Part shown: piece after piece, positions 17,420 through 27,627 of the stretch
Layout: each line of letters starts with the position of its first letter
Position numbering within the stretch: the first letter of the stretch is position 1
Assembly (NCBI GenBank): GCA_964482785.1
Contig: CAYZYR010000001.1
Span: 1 to 61,105, forward strand
Source: an uncultured Candidatus Saccharibacteria bacterium
GTDB lineage: Bacteria > Patescibacteriota > UBA1384 > VFKW01
DNA length: 61,105 nt
Direction: 5' to 3'
Notes under the pieces: model-generated
Told to the model about the DNA's origin: nothing
What the model saw: only the letters and a program-made list of their open reading frames with translations
Database searches by the model: none
Translations under genes and position numbers: made by a program

Positions 17420-17956
17420 ATGGTAACTGATTATCCTTACAACAAGCTCTACTGGATTGGCGGATGGCTTTTTGATTTCACCAAAATTATAACCATCTTT
17501 ATTTTTATTATCCTTATCTTACACTTTTTTTTCTATACCATTTTTTCCGTCCAGGGGAACAGCATGGAACCATCTTTAATTAACGGTGATCTCATGCTAA
17601 TAGATCGCATCTCTTACAAATTTCACTTTCCTCAAAGAGGAGATATTATCGCCCTCAATTTTCCCGGAGAAAATAACAGGAAATATGTTAAAAGAATTAT
17701 CGGCTTACCAAACGAAAGTCTGAAGATCGAAAGCGGCCAAATCTTCGTAAACGGCCACCAAACCACTATTTCTGGCATTGAATCAGAAAATATCACCCAA
17801 AAATTAGATATTAAATTAAGCTCAACAGAGTATTTCGTCATCGGAGACAATTTGGCCGTTAGTTCCGACTCCAGGATTTGGGGTCCCTTAACCAAAGATA
17901 GTATCATTGGCAAAGCCGTTTACCGCCTCACTAATAAATTTCAATGGAGTTGGTAA
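17420..17956 (+). CDS. lepB: signal peptidase I
   Basis: GNSMEPSL (catalytic Ser), VKRIIGLPNE (catalytic Lys) and GDNLAVSSDSR boxes. Confidence 0.9.
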   Translation: MVTDYPYNKLYWIGGWLFDFTKIITIFIFIILILHFFFYTIFSVQGNSMEPSLINGDLMLIDRISYKFHFPQRGDIIALNFPGENNRKYVKRIIGLPNESLKIESGQIFVNGHQTTISGIESENITQKLDIKLSSTEYFVIGDNLAVSSDSRIWGPLTKDSIIGKAVYRLTNKFQWSW

Positions 17957-17959
17957 ATA

Positions 17960-19570
17960 TCATCTAACCGATGGCCCCCTTAGTTGTGTCAGCTGGGAGG
18001 ATAATCCACCGATCGTTTTTACAATATCCTCAACCGTAAATTCCGTATTAGATAAGTCCGACTCAATATACCAATCTGGCAGAACAATTCTATAATTTCT
18101 AAATCTCTTCGCCCACATCGATTCAACCTCAAACACTAGCGCATATGGTAAATATTGATAAAACAAACCGCTAGCCGAAGCCATCGCCGGCAACGGCTCC
18201 CGATCTATTAAAAAATTTTTAAAATTATTCCATTCATCCCTTATTTCCATCCCTTTCTTGCTCTGTATTGGTATAAGATAGGCAAATTTAATTATCACAA
18301 ATGAAGATATTAATATTCCAACAAGTGGTATCAATAAAAAAGAAGACCGCAATGTTATCGCTACCCAACATGCCCCGGCCATTGAAATTAAATATAAACA
18401 AATAGCTGCTAGTTTGTATTTAATCCTCTGCTCATGAGGATTCTTGTCAAAGTAACCTAGTTTCGTTACTTCAATATAAACGCCCTCATATATTTTCCTC
18501 ATCCTAGGACTAAATAACTCTTTCGATAAATTTTCCTGCAATTCGTCTTGCTTTGACCATAGTCTGTTATTCGAGAATATTTCATCATATAATTCCACCT
18601 CCCAATCTAGTAGCTGTTCGTCTGGGTTTTTTCTCTTCCCAAATATATATTTGCCCTGTTTTTTTATTATTATCAAATACCCTTTTTGGCATAGGTCAAG
18701 TATCGTCGCCACCAGAGAATGGGAATAAATTTTTTTATCGTACAAAACCCCTACCATAAGAGGGGGAAGATAAAAAGGCGACTTTTCTCTTTTGCCGTCT
18801 TTATTATCAAATTTAACCGCGCTAATCTTTCTCATCCAAATCACCATCAAAAAGACAAAACATATAAGTGGCAACAACAATCCAAAAATCGACCAGAATA
18901 CCAACTCCTCTCCGCTCAAGTTTAAAAATATTTTCCTGTAAAAAGGCAAAGAGAAACTTCCCTTTTGCCAGCTTGCCGTAACAGTTAAGCCCGAATTTCC
19001 CGCCAGATCCGTTGCCCTAAAATTAAGATGATTATCCTCAGTCAATCTGTAATAAGCATTTCCTACCCCATGGAAGGCCAAAACCCTTACAGACTCATTG
19101 TCCACTTTTTTTATCGGCACCTCAGAATAGAAATCAATATCAACCGATGGAATATAAGGATGGTCGCCTGTAACAAAATACCATTTAAATAGTTCTCGGT
19201 CTCCAATGTATTTTATACTCTGGTAATTAGAAAAAATAATATCCCACCTGTTCGCCAAAACTTTGGAGCTGGTCAATCTTATTAAATCATTTTCTTTCTT
19301 CTTTAAAACATCTTGAGTTCTCTGTCCGTCTGCCTCTATTTTTAAATCAGAAGCAAAAGAGGTTCCTAAATTCCAATCCAATTTTTGTGGACGCACCGAT
19401 TGGATCGTGATTTTATAATCAAATCGTCCGTCTTTCCTCGCCTTCGCCGTCGCTTTTACCCTGTCTAACTGTTCCGAATTACCTTTCGCCACACTCAAAA
19501 ACAAACCTGTCGAAAAGACAGATAATATAAATAAAACTAAAAATTTTCTAATCCCTCCCAATTTTTTCAT
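17960..19570 (-). CDS. DUF2207-family membrane protein
   Basis: It has a signal peptide, a ~200-aa extracytoplasmic domain and a TM helix. The cytoplasmic segment YLPPLMVGVLYDKKIYSHSLVATILDLCQKGYLII is typical of DUF2207, and more TM helices follow. I prefer ATG 19570 over the track TTG 19591. Confidence 0.7.
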   Translation of the reverse strand: MKKLGGIRKFLVLFILSVFSTGLFLSVAKGNSEQLDRVKATAKARKDGRFDYKITIQSVRPQKLDWNLGTSFASDLKIEADGQRTQDVLKKKENDLIRLTSSKVLANRWDIIFSNYQSIKYIGDRELFKWYFVTGDHPYIPSVDIDFYSEVPIKKVDNESVRVLAFHGVGNAYYRLTEDNHLNFRATDLAGNSGLTVTASWQKGSFSLPFYRKIFLNLSGEELVFWSIFGLLLPLICFVFLMVIWMRKISAVKFDNKDGKREKSPFYLPPLMVGVLYDKKIYSHSLVATILDLCQKGYLIIIKKQGKYIFGKRKNPDEQLLDWEVELYDEIFSNNRLWSKQDELQENLSKELFSPRMRKIYEGVYIEVTKLGYFDKNPHEQRIKYKLAAICLYLISMAGACWVAITLRSSFLLIPLVGILISSFVIIKFAYLIPIQSKKGMEIRDEWNNFKNFLIDREPLPAMASASGLFYQYLPYALVFEVESMWAKRFRNYRIVLPDWYIESDLSNTEFTVEDIVKTIGGLSSQLTQLRGPSVR

Positions 19571-19655
19571 TCCAATTTCATTATATACCAAACATAATTT
19601 TAATACACTTATGGCTCATCTTAACAAAACCACAATCTTAATATAAGATATAAAT

Positions 19656-21230
19656 ATGATCAAAATTCTAAAAAAAGTAATTCGCAATCCTAGTGGCTTC
19701 CGCTCCGCCTCTATTATACTAATTCTAACCACCTTGCTCAGCAATCTCTTGGGCGCTCTTAGAAATTATTTTTTAACCAGAAATATTCCCGTCGATTCCC
19801 TCGATGTTTATTATGCTTCCTTCAGGCTTCCCGATCTAATCTTAAATCTCATGATCTTGGGCGCTATCTCATCTGCTCTCATGCCGGTCATCAATCAACA
19901 CCTAGAAAAAGAAGAAAAGAAAGAAGCCTGGCATGTTATTAACTCTGTTATCAGTTTAGCTATAGTCGTTCTCTTTCTCGCTGCTATAATATTATTTATC
20001 CTCATGCCTTATCTAACCAATTTGATCGTCCCCGATTTTGAGTTAGCAAAACAAAATTACACCACTTTTATTTCCCGAATTCTCTTGCTATCACCCCTCA
20101 TCTTTGGCGTCTCTTATATCATTAACGGCACTCTTAACTCTTTTCACCGTTTCTTTGCTTCGGCCATTTCTCCTATTGTCTACAATTTAGCCATTATTTT
20201 TGGCGTTGCCATTCTCTCACCAATGTTTGCTCGCGGTGATCCAAAGCAAGTTCTTGTTATCGCTTTTAGCGTCGTGATCGGAGCTCTTCTCCACTTGACC
20301 GTTCAACTACCCTCGATGAAGCATTTGGGCTACAAATTTTGCTGGTCTCTTGACTACAAACATCAATCTGTCCGAAAAATAGGCAAACTCATGATCCCCC
20401 GATCAATCGGTCTTGGCACCAACCAACTCATGTATATTTTCTTCACCGCCCTTGCCTCCGCTCAAGTCGGAAGTGTTAGCTATTTTTCACTTGCCAACGA
20501 TATCCAAACCATGCCCACCGTTGTCTTTGGACTCTCTTTTGCCTCTGCCATCTATCCCGCTCTAACCGGAGCTTTCAATCAGGAAAATGATAAAAAGTTT
20601 TCCCAATACATTACCAAAACCTCCAAAATCATCATCACCCTCATGATTCCCGTTTCTGTTTTGTTTATCTTATTAAATGTTGGCATTATTCAAGCTCTTC
20701 TCGGTTTTGGCTTGCATGATGCCTACTTTACAGGTCGAACTTTAACTCTTTTTTCCGTCTCTTTAGTTTTCTCCGGTCTTGCCCCGCTTTTAGCCAGAGG
20801 GTTTTTTGCCATGCACAACACTCGAACCCCGACCATTGTCAGTATTATAAGTACCGTCTTATCAATTTGTTTTGCTCTGATTTTCAAATCTTACGGAGCT
20901 CCCGGTCTAGCTTTCTCATTTTCCCTCGGCTCTATTTTTAATGCTACCATCTTATATACTCTACTCAAAAAGAAAAACCCCGATATGGACGAGGATGACA
21001 TTATAACCACCTTCTTTAAAGTTTTGCTTATCAGCGCCATTATGGCCGTCGTCGTTCAACTCTTAAAAGGATTTACCAGTAACTGGTTCGATGTAGTCCA
21101 TAGTCGGGTTGGCGTTTTTGCCCAAGTAATCATTTGCGCCGGCGTCGGAGCTAGTTTGTTTATTTCTCTAGCCTATATTTTTAAAATAAAGGAAGTAGAA
21201 TCACTATGGAAACGGGGAGCCAAAAATTAA
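19656..21230 (+). CDS. murJ: lipid II flippase MurJ (MviN)
   Basis: 524 aa and ~14 TM helices. The N-terminal LGALRNYFLTRNIPVDSLDVYYASFRLPDL matches the MurJ signature. Confidence 0.85.
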   Translation: MIKILKKVIRNPSGFRSASIILILTTLLSNLLGALRNYFLTRNIPVDSLDVYYASFRLPDLILNLMILGAISSALMPVINQHLEKEEKKEAWHVINSVISLAIVVLFLAAIILFILMPYLTNLIVPDFELAKQNYTTFISRILLLSPLIFGVSYIINGTLNSFHRFFASAISPIVYNLAIIFGVAILSPMFARGDPKQVLVIAFSVVIGALLHLTVQLPSMKHLGYKFCWSLDYKHQSVRKIGKLMIPRSIGLGTNQLMYIFFTALASAQVGSVSYFSLANDIQTMPTVVFGLSFASAIYPALTGAFNQENDKKFSQYITKTSKIIITLMIPVSVLFILLNVGIIQALLGFGLHDAYFTGRTLTLFSVSLVFSGLAPLLARGFFAMHNTRTPTIVSIISTVLSICFALIFKSYGAPGLAFSFSLGSIFNATILYTLLKKKNPDMDEDDIITTFFKVLLISAIMAVVVQLLKGFTSNWFDVVHSRVGVFAQVIICAGVGASLFISLAYIFKIKEVESLWKRGAKN

Positions 21231-21787
21231 AACAAGAAAATGAATTCTATCAAAACATGGATAAAGCCGGCACCAAAAACTCTTGCAGTTGCACTTCACT
21301 ATCTCTAGTTTTTATATTCCTCTTTCTAATTTCGTCAGTTTTTATATATTTTATCGTCAAAGATCTTAATCAGACAAAAGATGTCAAAATATCCAAATTT
21401 AATATATTCGCAAAAAAGAGAATAGAAAAACAAATTATTATTACCGATCAAAATCTCCAAGAAAAACTCGACAGTCCACTCGGCCTTACTATCCCACTGT
21501 CCGCCAAAAAAGTCGTCATTACCCCAAGCGGCATAAAATTATCCGGAAAAATAAATTCTCTAAGCAAAGAGGAGCTCGTTTTTCTGATCACTCTTTCTAT
21601 AAATGATAAAAAACTTGTCGTTGACCAAGTCAAATTAATCCAGGGACCGCCCTTCACCGCCAAAGTGCTTGAAGTGCCTATTAAAGCCATTAGTACAAGT
21701 TTTATTACTTTATTAAACAGCATGATAGGCGTTCCTATTTCGACATTTGATCTAAAATATGCTAAAATGACAATCACTGCCATATAA
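21206..21787 (+). CDS. hypothetical membrane-anchored protein
   Basis: 193-aa ORF overlapping the murJ end by 25 nt, with a single TM helix. An alternative start is ATG 21257. Confidence 0.5.
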   Translation: METGSQKLKQENEFYQNMDKAGTKNSCSCTSLSLVFIFLFLISSVFIYFIVKDLNQTKDVKISKFNIFAKKRIEKQIIITDQNLQEKLDSPLGLTIPLSAKKVVITPSGIKLSGKINSLSKEELVFLITLSINDKKLVVDQVKLIQGPPFTAKVLEVPIKAISTSFITLLNSMIGVPISTFDLKYAKMTITAI

Positions 21788-21812
21788 ATTACATAGAGGA
21801 GGATTGTGGCAT

Positions 21813-22604
21813 ATGCGCCTGTTCACTGCTGTAGTGAGTATTTGTGTGCTTTTAGCTATTCTGATCGTTCAGTTAATCTGGATCACCAATCGTCCCGGTA
21901 AGAACAGTCCTACTTCTTTACTAACCAATGTCCTGCCAGTTCCGTACCGGATCTCGTCGAAACCAATAGTAGTTATGAAGGAATCCTATTACTATAAAGG
22001 TAGAACATACTTCATTCAGAGATTCGATCATTGCGATCGACTTATCCCCAGATGTATCCTTTATAGCCGTCGCGTTAGTCTTCAGTCAAAGTACTCATCC
22101 AATCAAGTCATGGTGACTCCGGGTGGATACTTTGATCCTCGCTCCCTTAGGCCCGTTGATTTCCTCAAATCGGACGGTAAGGAGATTGTAGGCAGACATA
22201 TCGGCCGAGCCTTCATCTATCGATCCAAGACCGATCAATGGGGCATAAGTATCGACTATCAGCGCTACCGCAATGATCAATCAATAGAGCAAATCTTCGC
22301 CTGTGGAGAGCGGCTCTGCCCTCTGCGATATGATCGGCACGACACAGACTTTTCGTCTCAAAAGTACCAGCAAAAAATAAATATAGAACGTCAAGCGTTC
22401 GCTAGAGCTGTAACAAAAAGAGTGGCTATCGGGCTTGACGCTGAAGGCAATGCTTACATTATCAAGGCAAAGTGCAGACTTACTGAACTAGATGAGTTTA
22501 TGTCTAAAAAATTAGGATGCACTCAAGGTCTAAATCTAGACGGTGGCAGCTCGCTCGATCAAACCCCGTTTATCATTGTCTGGGAGAGGTCATCTTCTCC
22601 CTAA
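21813..22604 (+). CDS. phosphodiester glycosidase family (DUF2233/NAGPA-like) protein
   Basis: The C-terminal GLNLDGGSS motif and N-terminal TM anchor are present. The ATG at 21813 is 11 nt after GAGGAGG. It is GC-richer than the upstream gene. Confidence 0.65.
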   Translation: MRLFTAVVSICVLLAILIVQLIWITNRPGKNSPTSLLTNVLPVPYRISSKPIVVMKESYYYKGRTYFIQRFDHCDRLIPRCILYSRRVSLQSKYSSNQVMVTPGGYFDPRSLRPVDFLKSDGKEIVGRHIGRAFIYRSKTDQWGISIDYQRYRNDQSIEQIFACGERLCPLRYDRHDTDFSSQKYQQKINIERQAFARAVTKRVAIGLDAEGNAYIIKAKCRLTELDEFMSKKLGCTQGLNLDGGSSLDQTPFIIVWERSSSP

Positions 22605-22632
22605 AAGCCTGGGATCACCCAGGCTTCTGTTT
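22605..22632. terminator. bidirectional terminator between convergent genes
   Basis: AAGCCTGGG-ATCAC-CCAGGCTT followed by CTGTTTT. Confidence 0.65.
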
Positions 22633-24497
22633 TATCTATAACCAATTGTGCTAATTATTAAACCGGCCGCCATTAGTAATAATAAACCTGTTATCGCCCC
22701 GATTATTATCTCTTTGGCCTTACTGATAACAGCTGCTTGCCCGGCACTGGTAGTATACATATATCCGCCCCAGATTATCATGATCACTGCTCCTAGAGAT
22801 GCTATTACCATAAACATTCCATATAAATCTTGAATATATTTTTCCAAACTTTCCTCACAAGAAATGAAAGTTCGATCCTCAAAACTGAAAATTGGCACCC
22901 CGAGAGTTACTTGCCCTTTAGGGCACTGTCCACTGCCTTGCGGCATTGAGACCGAACCTCCCGCTCCCTTTCCATCTCCTGCCCCACTTACACTTGTCAC
23001 CGTTACCCGCTTCTCTGCTGTCGCGGCTAATTCATTAAGCTTTTCCGCTTTTGCCCTTAAGATTGAGTTTGTTAGTCCAACCCAAATATTCTTCCATATC
23101 TTCGATGTCCGGTCCATATAATCATTATTTTCGATGTAATCTCCTTGAACCGGCTCCATTCGTTTCTGAATTTGCTCGTTCAAATCGGCCTGTTCTTTAA
23201 AATAAGCCTCAATTTTGTACTCGTACTCTCCTTCAGTTACTTCGTTATCTGTAAATTTCGTCTCGGTTGTCTTAGCAATCACTTCTCCGTCCCTGTAGAT
23301 ATAATACACCTTTGCTTCGCAGATCTGATTCCAAGTTAAATTAACATAGTTACCCGATTCACTTACCTCTCCTGTTGTCTTTCCCTTATTTCCATCGACT
23401 ATTGTTGTATCTGACAGTTCATCCATTTGCATAATACAAACTTTCCTTGTCTGTGGTTTCCCATTTTTAACATCGATCTCATATCGAGCCATATCATTCC
23501 ATTTCCAGATTCCGTTCATATTTTTAAATGTTTTTGCCTGAACCGTATGTTTGCATGCCTGAGTCCCCGCCGCCTCAAAATCCCAGATATATTGATAAGC
23601 AAAATCGTCGCCCGTTATTGTTCTCTTAGCATGATCGCTTGCCAATATTTTTGGCACATAATTCCCCTTACAATCCGTTATCCATAACATAAACTCATCA
23701 TTTTTATGTCCCATAAATTTGGTGTTTATCTGCATCGCGTTATTTGCCCCCAAATCAGCAGACTTGCTAGCAGAGATACTAATCTTACCCTTTATCTCTG
23801 CATTGGCGACGCTATCGAGATTAGTATTATCAATTACCTTCTCTACTCTCAAGGTCGATTTTGATACTTGAAGTATATCTTCGGGAACACAAGGCTCAGA
23901 TAATGGTTTTTTCCCAAACAACGAAATAACCTCGATGTCGTAATTATTTGTATTTTGTGATTGAGGTATAGTCCATTGACTCTCTGCAGTGCAGTTTCCA
24001 GATGTGCATGTCTTTGGGAAGATAGCTTGATTCCACCCTTCTTGCAGAGCTACGCATACCGTCCGTCCGGAACTACCGGCGTCTTTGTTCGGATCCAAGA
24101 CAATATGAGTAATATTAGGAGCATCATAATTAATCGTAACCGTACGAATAGTAATACGGTCTCCTTCCTTAGCAAGATTTGGATTAACAGTCATACCAAA
24201 ACCATAAGAAGGAGAATTTTGACCGTCTTTAGCATTATCACTATCAGGCTTTTTATCTACCTCATCTTTTCTATTGGAGTCAGGTAAAATTATATCAGCC
24301 GCCGCACAAAGCCAATTGTTTTTATTCTCGCATTTCTTATCTATATATTTTTTGCCTTTCTCAATAATATTGTCCTTAGTAACAAAATTATTCCAAGTTT
24401 CTTTCAAGCTAAAAGCCTGAACAGATTTAATATCATGTATTAAAAAACCGCCCGATATTATCAGTGCTATCATTAAAATAAAAGTCTTTTTTAACAT
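22632..24497 (-). CDS. secreted protein with FN3-like region fused to a C-terminal VirB2/TrbC (T4SS pilin)-like two-helix domain
   Basis: It has a signal peptide. The C-terminus is YIQDLYGMFMVIASLGAVIMIIWGGYMYTTSAGQAAVISKAKEIIIGAITGLLLLMAAGLIISTI. The ATG at 24497 follows GGAGGGG. Confidence 0.65.
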   Translation of the reverse strand: MLKKTFILMIALIISGGFLIHDIKSVQAFSLKETWNNFVTKDNIIEKGKKYIDKKCENKNNWLCAAADIILPDSNRKDEVDKKPDSDNAKDGQNSPSYGFGMTVNPNLAKEGDRITIRTVTINYDAPNITHIVLDPNKDAGSSGRTVCVALQEGWNQAIFPKTCTSGNCTAESQWTIPQSQNTNNYDIEVISLFGKKPLSEPCVPEDILQVSKSTLRVEKVIDNTNLDSVANAEIKGKISISASKSADLGANNAMQINTKFMGHKNDEFMLWITDCKGNYVPKILASDHAKRTITGDDFAYQYIWDFEAAGTQACKHTVQAKTFKNMNGIWKWNDMARYEIDVKNGKPQTRKVCIMQMDELSDTTIVDGNKGKTTGEVSESGNYVNLTWNQICEAKVYYIYRDGEVIAKTTETKFTDNEVTEGEYEYKIEAYFKEQADLNEQIQKRMEPVQGDYIENNDYMDRTSKIWKNIWVGLTNSILRAKAEKLNELAATAEKRVTVTSVSGAGDGKGAGGSVSMPQGSGQCPKGQVTLGVPIFSFEDRTFISCEESLEKYIQDLYGMFMVIASLGAVIMIIWGGYMYTTSAGQAAVISKAKEIIIGAITGLLLLMAAGLIISTIGYR

Positions 24498-24604
24498 TTC
24501 CCCTCCAACATATAACATCTACTTTATTATAATATAGTTATGAAATATTTTAAATAGATATTATAAGTCTAGATTAATTACCTCCAATCTGATAGAATAT
24601 ATTC

Positions 24605-26344
24605 ATGAAAAATGTCCGCAATTTTGTCATCATCGCCCATATTGACCACGGCAAATCCACCCTTGCTGATCGATTGCTCGAATCAACCGATTCTATTCCT
24701 TATGGCCAAAATAAAGCCCAAGTCTTAGACACTATGGATCTCGAACGGGAGCGCGGTATTACCATCAAGTTAAATCCTGCTCATATGGCTTATTCTCAAG
24801 ATGGTCAACAATACGTCCTTAATCTGATTGATACTCCCGGTCACGTTGATTTCTCCTACGAAGTAAACCGGTCTTTAGCCGCTGTCGAAGGCGCTCTCTT
24901 AGTTGTTGACGCTACTCAAGGCATTCAGGCTCAAACTATTGCCAATCTTTATCTAGCCCGCCAACATAATTTAAAAATAATTCCCGTCGTCAATAAAATC
25001 GACCTTCCCGCCGCTGAGCCGGAACGCATCGCTCTAGAGATCTGCGAATTATTAAAATGTGACCCGGACGATATTATTTATGCCAGCGCCAAAACAGGCG
25101 AGGGTATTGACGATATTCTAGAAGCCATCATAGATAGAGTTCCTGCCCCCAATTCTCCTCTCGACCAACCACTCAAGGCCCTCGTTTTTGATTCATTTTA
25201 TGATCCTTATCGAGGTGTCGTTGCTTATATTAGAATTATCGACGGCATCCTTACCTCTCGCGATAAAATTAAATTAATGGCCTTAAATACTCAGGTTGAA
25301 ACAGAAGAAGTCGGTCATGTCTGCCTCGGCTACAAAAAAGGGGATAAACTTCAAGCAGGTGATATTGGCTACATCGTCACCGGCTTAAAAAACGTCAATC
25401 TCTGTCGCGTCGGCGATACTATAACTCACCAAAACACTCCTGCCTCCGATCCCCTTCCTGGCTATCATGAACCACAACCCATGGTCTATGCTGCCATTTT
25501 CACCCAGACCGGCGAGTCGGCCCTTCTTCGCGATGCCCTCGATAAATTAAAATTAAATGACTCTTCCTTGGCTTATGAACCCACTAATTCCGACGCTTTC
25601 GGCTATGGATTCCGCGCCGGCTTTTTGGGCCTTCTCCATTTAGAAATTATCAAAGAGCGACTCGAGCGCGAATATAACCTTGAGCTGATCGTTACCACTC
25701 CGTCTGTCGCTTACAAAACCAATCTCATAGGCGGTCAAACCCGTTACGAAGAGCCTTGGGTTGATCTTGAAGTCATTTCTCCTCAAGCCTACATCGGTGC
25801 TATCATGGAAATGACCCAAAACCGCCGCGGTATCTACAAATCTATGGAATATCTCGCCGACCGCGTCATTTTACGCTACGAAGCTCCTCTTTCCAGTCTC
25901 ATCATCGACTACTACGACCAATTAAAATCCCTCTCCCAAGGGTATGCTTCGCTTGCTTACAATTTAATTGGTTACCGTCTCGGCGACTTGGTTAAAATGG
26001 ATATATTCGTCGCCGGCGACAAAATCGATGTCTTGACCCAAATCGTTCCCAGATCAGAAATCTCTACTCGCGCTTTCGCTCTTACCAAAAAACTCAAAGT
26101 TCTTATTCCTCGCCAAATGTTCGAGATCTCTCTTCAAGCCGCTGTTGGAGGCAAGATTATCGCCCGCGAAAACATCCCCGCTATGCGCAAAGATGTCATT
26201 GCCAAACTATATGGTGGTGACATTACTCGAAAAAATAAATTATTAGACAAACAGAAAAAAGGCAAGAAAAAAATGCGTCAACTCGGCCGTGTCGAAATCC
26301 CCTCTGAAGTCTTTATTAATCTTCTTAAAACCAACGACAATTAA
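24605..26344 (+). CDS. lepA: elongation factor 4 (LepA)
   Basis: IIAHIDHGKSTLADRLL, DTPGHVDF and NKID G-motifs, plus the LepA C-terminal domain. Confidence 0.97.
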   Translation: MKNVRNFVIIAHIDHGKSTLADRLLESTDSIPYGQNKAQVLDTMDLERERGITIKLNPAHMAYSQDGQQYVLNLIDTPGHVDFSYEVNRSLAAVEGALLVVDATQGIQAQTIANLYLARQHNLKIIPVVNKIDLPAAEPERIALEICELLKCDPDDIIYASAKTGEGIDDILEAIIDRVPAPNSPLDQPLKALVFDSFYDPYRGVVAYIRIIDGILTSRDKIKLMALNTQVETEEVGHVCLGYKKGDKLQAGDIGYIVTGLKNVNLCRVGDTITHQNTPASDPLPGYHEPQPMVYAAIFTQTGESALLRDALDKLKLNDSSLAYEPTNSDAFGYGFRAGFLGLLHLEIIKERLEREYNLELIVTTPSVAYKTNLIGGQTRYEEPWVDLEVISPQAYIGAIMEMTQNRRGIYKSMEYLADRVILRYEAPLSSLIIDYYDQLKSLSQGYASLAYNLIGYRLGDLVKMDIFVAGDKIDVLTQIVPRSEISTRAFALTKKLKVLIPRQMFEISLQAAVGGKIIARENIPAMRKDVIAKLYGGDITRKNKLLDKQKKGKKKMRQLGRVEIPSEVFINLLKTNDN

Positions 26345-26380
26345 TCTTTACCAATTACCAATTCTTTCGTTATAATCCTC

Positions 26381-26908
26381 TTGGAGGACTATGTGAAAAA
26401 TCGCAAATCATTCCAATATTTTATCTCAGCCCTGATCTTTCTATCCGCAACCGTCAAAACTTACGCTGTTTGTCCAGTTTGCACCGTCGCTGTCGCCGGC
26501 GGTGTTGTCTTGGCCGAAAAATACGGCATCGACAATACCATTACCGGTATCTGGATCGGCGGCCTAACCGTTTCTCTTATTATGTGGACCCAAAATTGGC
26601 TTTCAAATAAAAAATACAAAATAAAATATCAAGAAATTATTGTTCCTCTAGTCTATTTCTTACTTATTCCTCTCCCTTTATTTTTAATGGGCACTATCGG
26701 TAGTCCTTATAAAATGCTTTGGGGTATCGATAAATTACTCCTCGGCATGATCTTCGGCTCGATCGTCTTTTATATTGGTGGCAGTTCTTATCAATATTTG
26801 AAAGCAAAAAACAACAACCACGCTTATTTCCCATTCCAAAAAGTCGTCCAGCCGGTCCTGCCCCTTATTGTTTTAAGTTTTATTTTTTATTTAATTACGA
26901 AAGGGTAG
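26381..26908 (+). CDS. hypothetical integral membrane protein
   Basis: 175-aa ORF with 4-5 TM helices and a CPVC motif in the first helix. The likely true start is GTG 26393, 5 nt after GGAGG. Confidence 0.55.
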   Translation: MEDYVKNRKSFQYFISALIFLSATVKTYAVCPVCTVAVAGGVVLAEKYGIDNTITGIWIGGLTVSLIMWTQNWLSNKKYKIKYQEIIVPLVYFLLIPLPLFLMGTIGSPYKMLWGIDKLLLGMIFGSIVFYIGGSSYQYLKAKNNNHAYFPFQKVVQPVLPLIVLSFIFYLITKG

Positions 26909-26911
26909 CCT

Positions 26912-27457
26912 ATGTCTAAGCAAGAAGTCTCACAGGGTAAAAAAGACAAAATAGATCAGCTTATCAAAAAAATAGAGGACAGTCGCGACAATAAATTAGA
27001 CCTTTCCTCAGACGAAGATCTTTCCATCGCTATCATGAATCTCATTTCTATAGAAGAACATTTCTTTTTCACCGGTGCTAAAACCGGTAAAAACGATTAT
27101 TTTGAGCTATTAAATCAAACTCGACAGATCCGCGGACAACTCTTAAAAAAAATTGTCAAAGATTATAAAGGAGAAGTTTGGTGTATTTCTAAGCATCTAC
27201 TTGCTGCCTCCATGCGCCTTATGGAAGTTGGCACCAAGCAACTTTCTCGCGACAATAAAGAAGAAGCCTATGACATGTTCGAAAAAGCTTACAATCTCTA
27301 CTCCCTTTTCTGGGGCCTAAATCTCAAAGCCCTAGACCTTTCGGACGTTAAATCTCTTGAAGATGACCAGTTAAATAAAAAAGACACTCAAAAAAATGGC
27401 TACATGGGTAAGCTAGGAGAATTAGTCAAAAAAGCCATTGACTGCTGTATCGAATAA
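26912..27457 (+). CDS. hypothetical soluble protein
   Basis: 181-aa ORF with AAAGGG upstream. The sequence looks helical, with no recognised motif. Confidence 0.55.
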   Translation: MSKQEVSQGKKDKIDQLIKKIEDSRDNKLDLSSDEDLSIAIMNLISIEEHFFFTGAKTGKNDYFELLNQTRQIRGQLLKKIVKDYKGEVWCISKHLLAASMRLMEVGTKQLSRDNKEEAYDMFEKAYNLYSLFWGLNLKALDLSDVKSLEDDQLNKKDTQKNGYMGKLGELVKKAIDCCIE

Positions 27458-27627
27458 TTTTTTCTTAACGACATCAAAATTCATCTGTATAATTTGTATT
27501 TGTCTGGGGAGTTAGTTATCCCAAGTGGGTTGGCTAATTTTGTTCTTTATAGGACATGGCCATAAGTTTATCTCATGTTCTATATAGTTCGCCCTAAAAT
27601 CTATCATTGCATAGAGGAAAGCAAAAA

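Noticed and set aside
26906-26914. The same-frame adjacency of 26381-26908 and 26912-27457 as another stop-interrupted gene.
   Set aside because: The upstream product is a complete polytopic membrane protein. The downstream product is a soluble protein with its own ATG and AAAGGG RBS. The shared frame is most likely coincidence.
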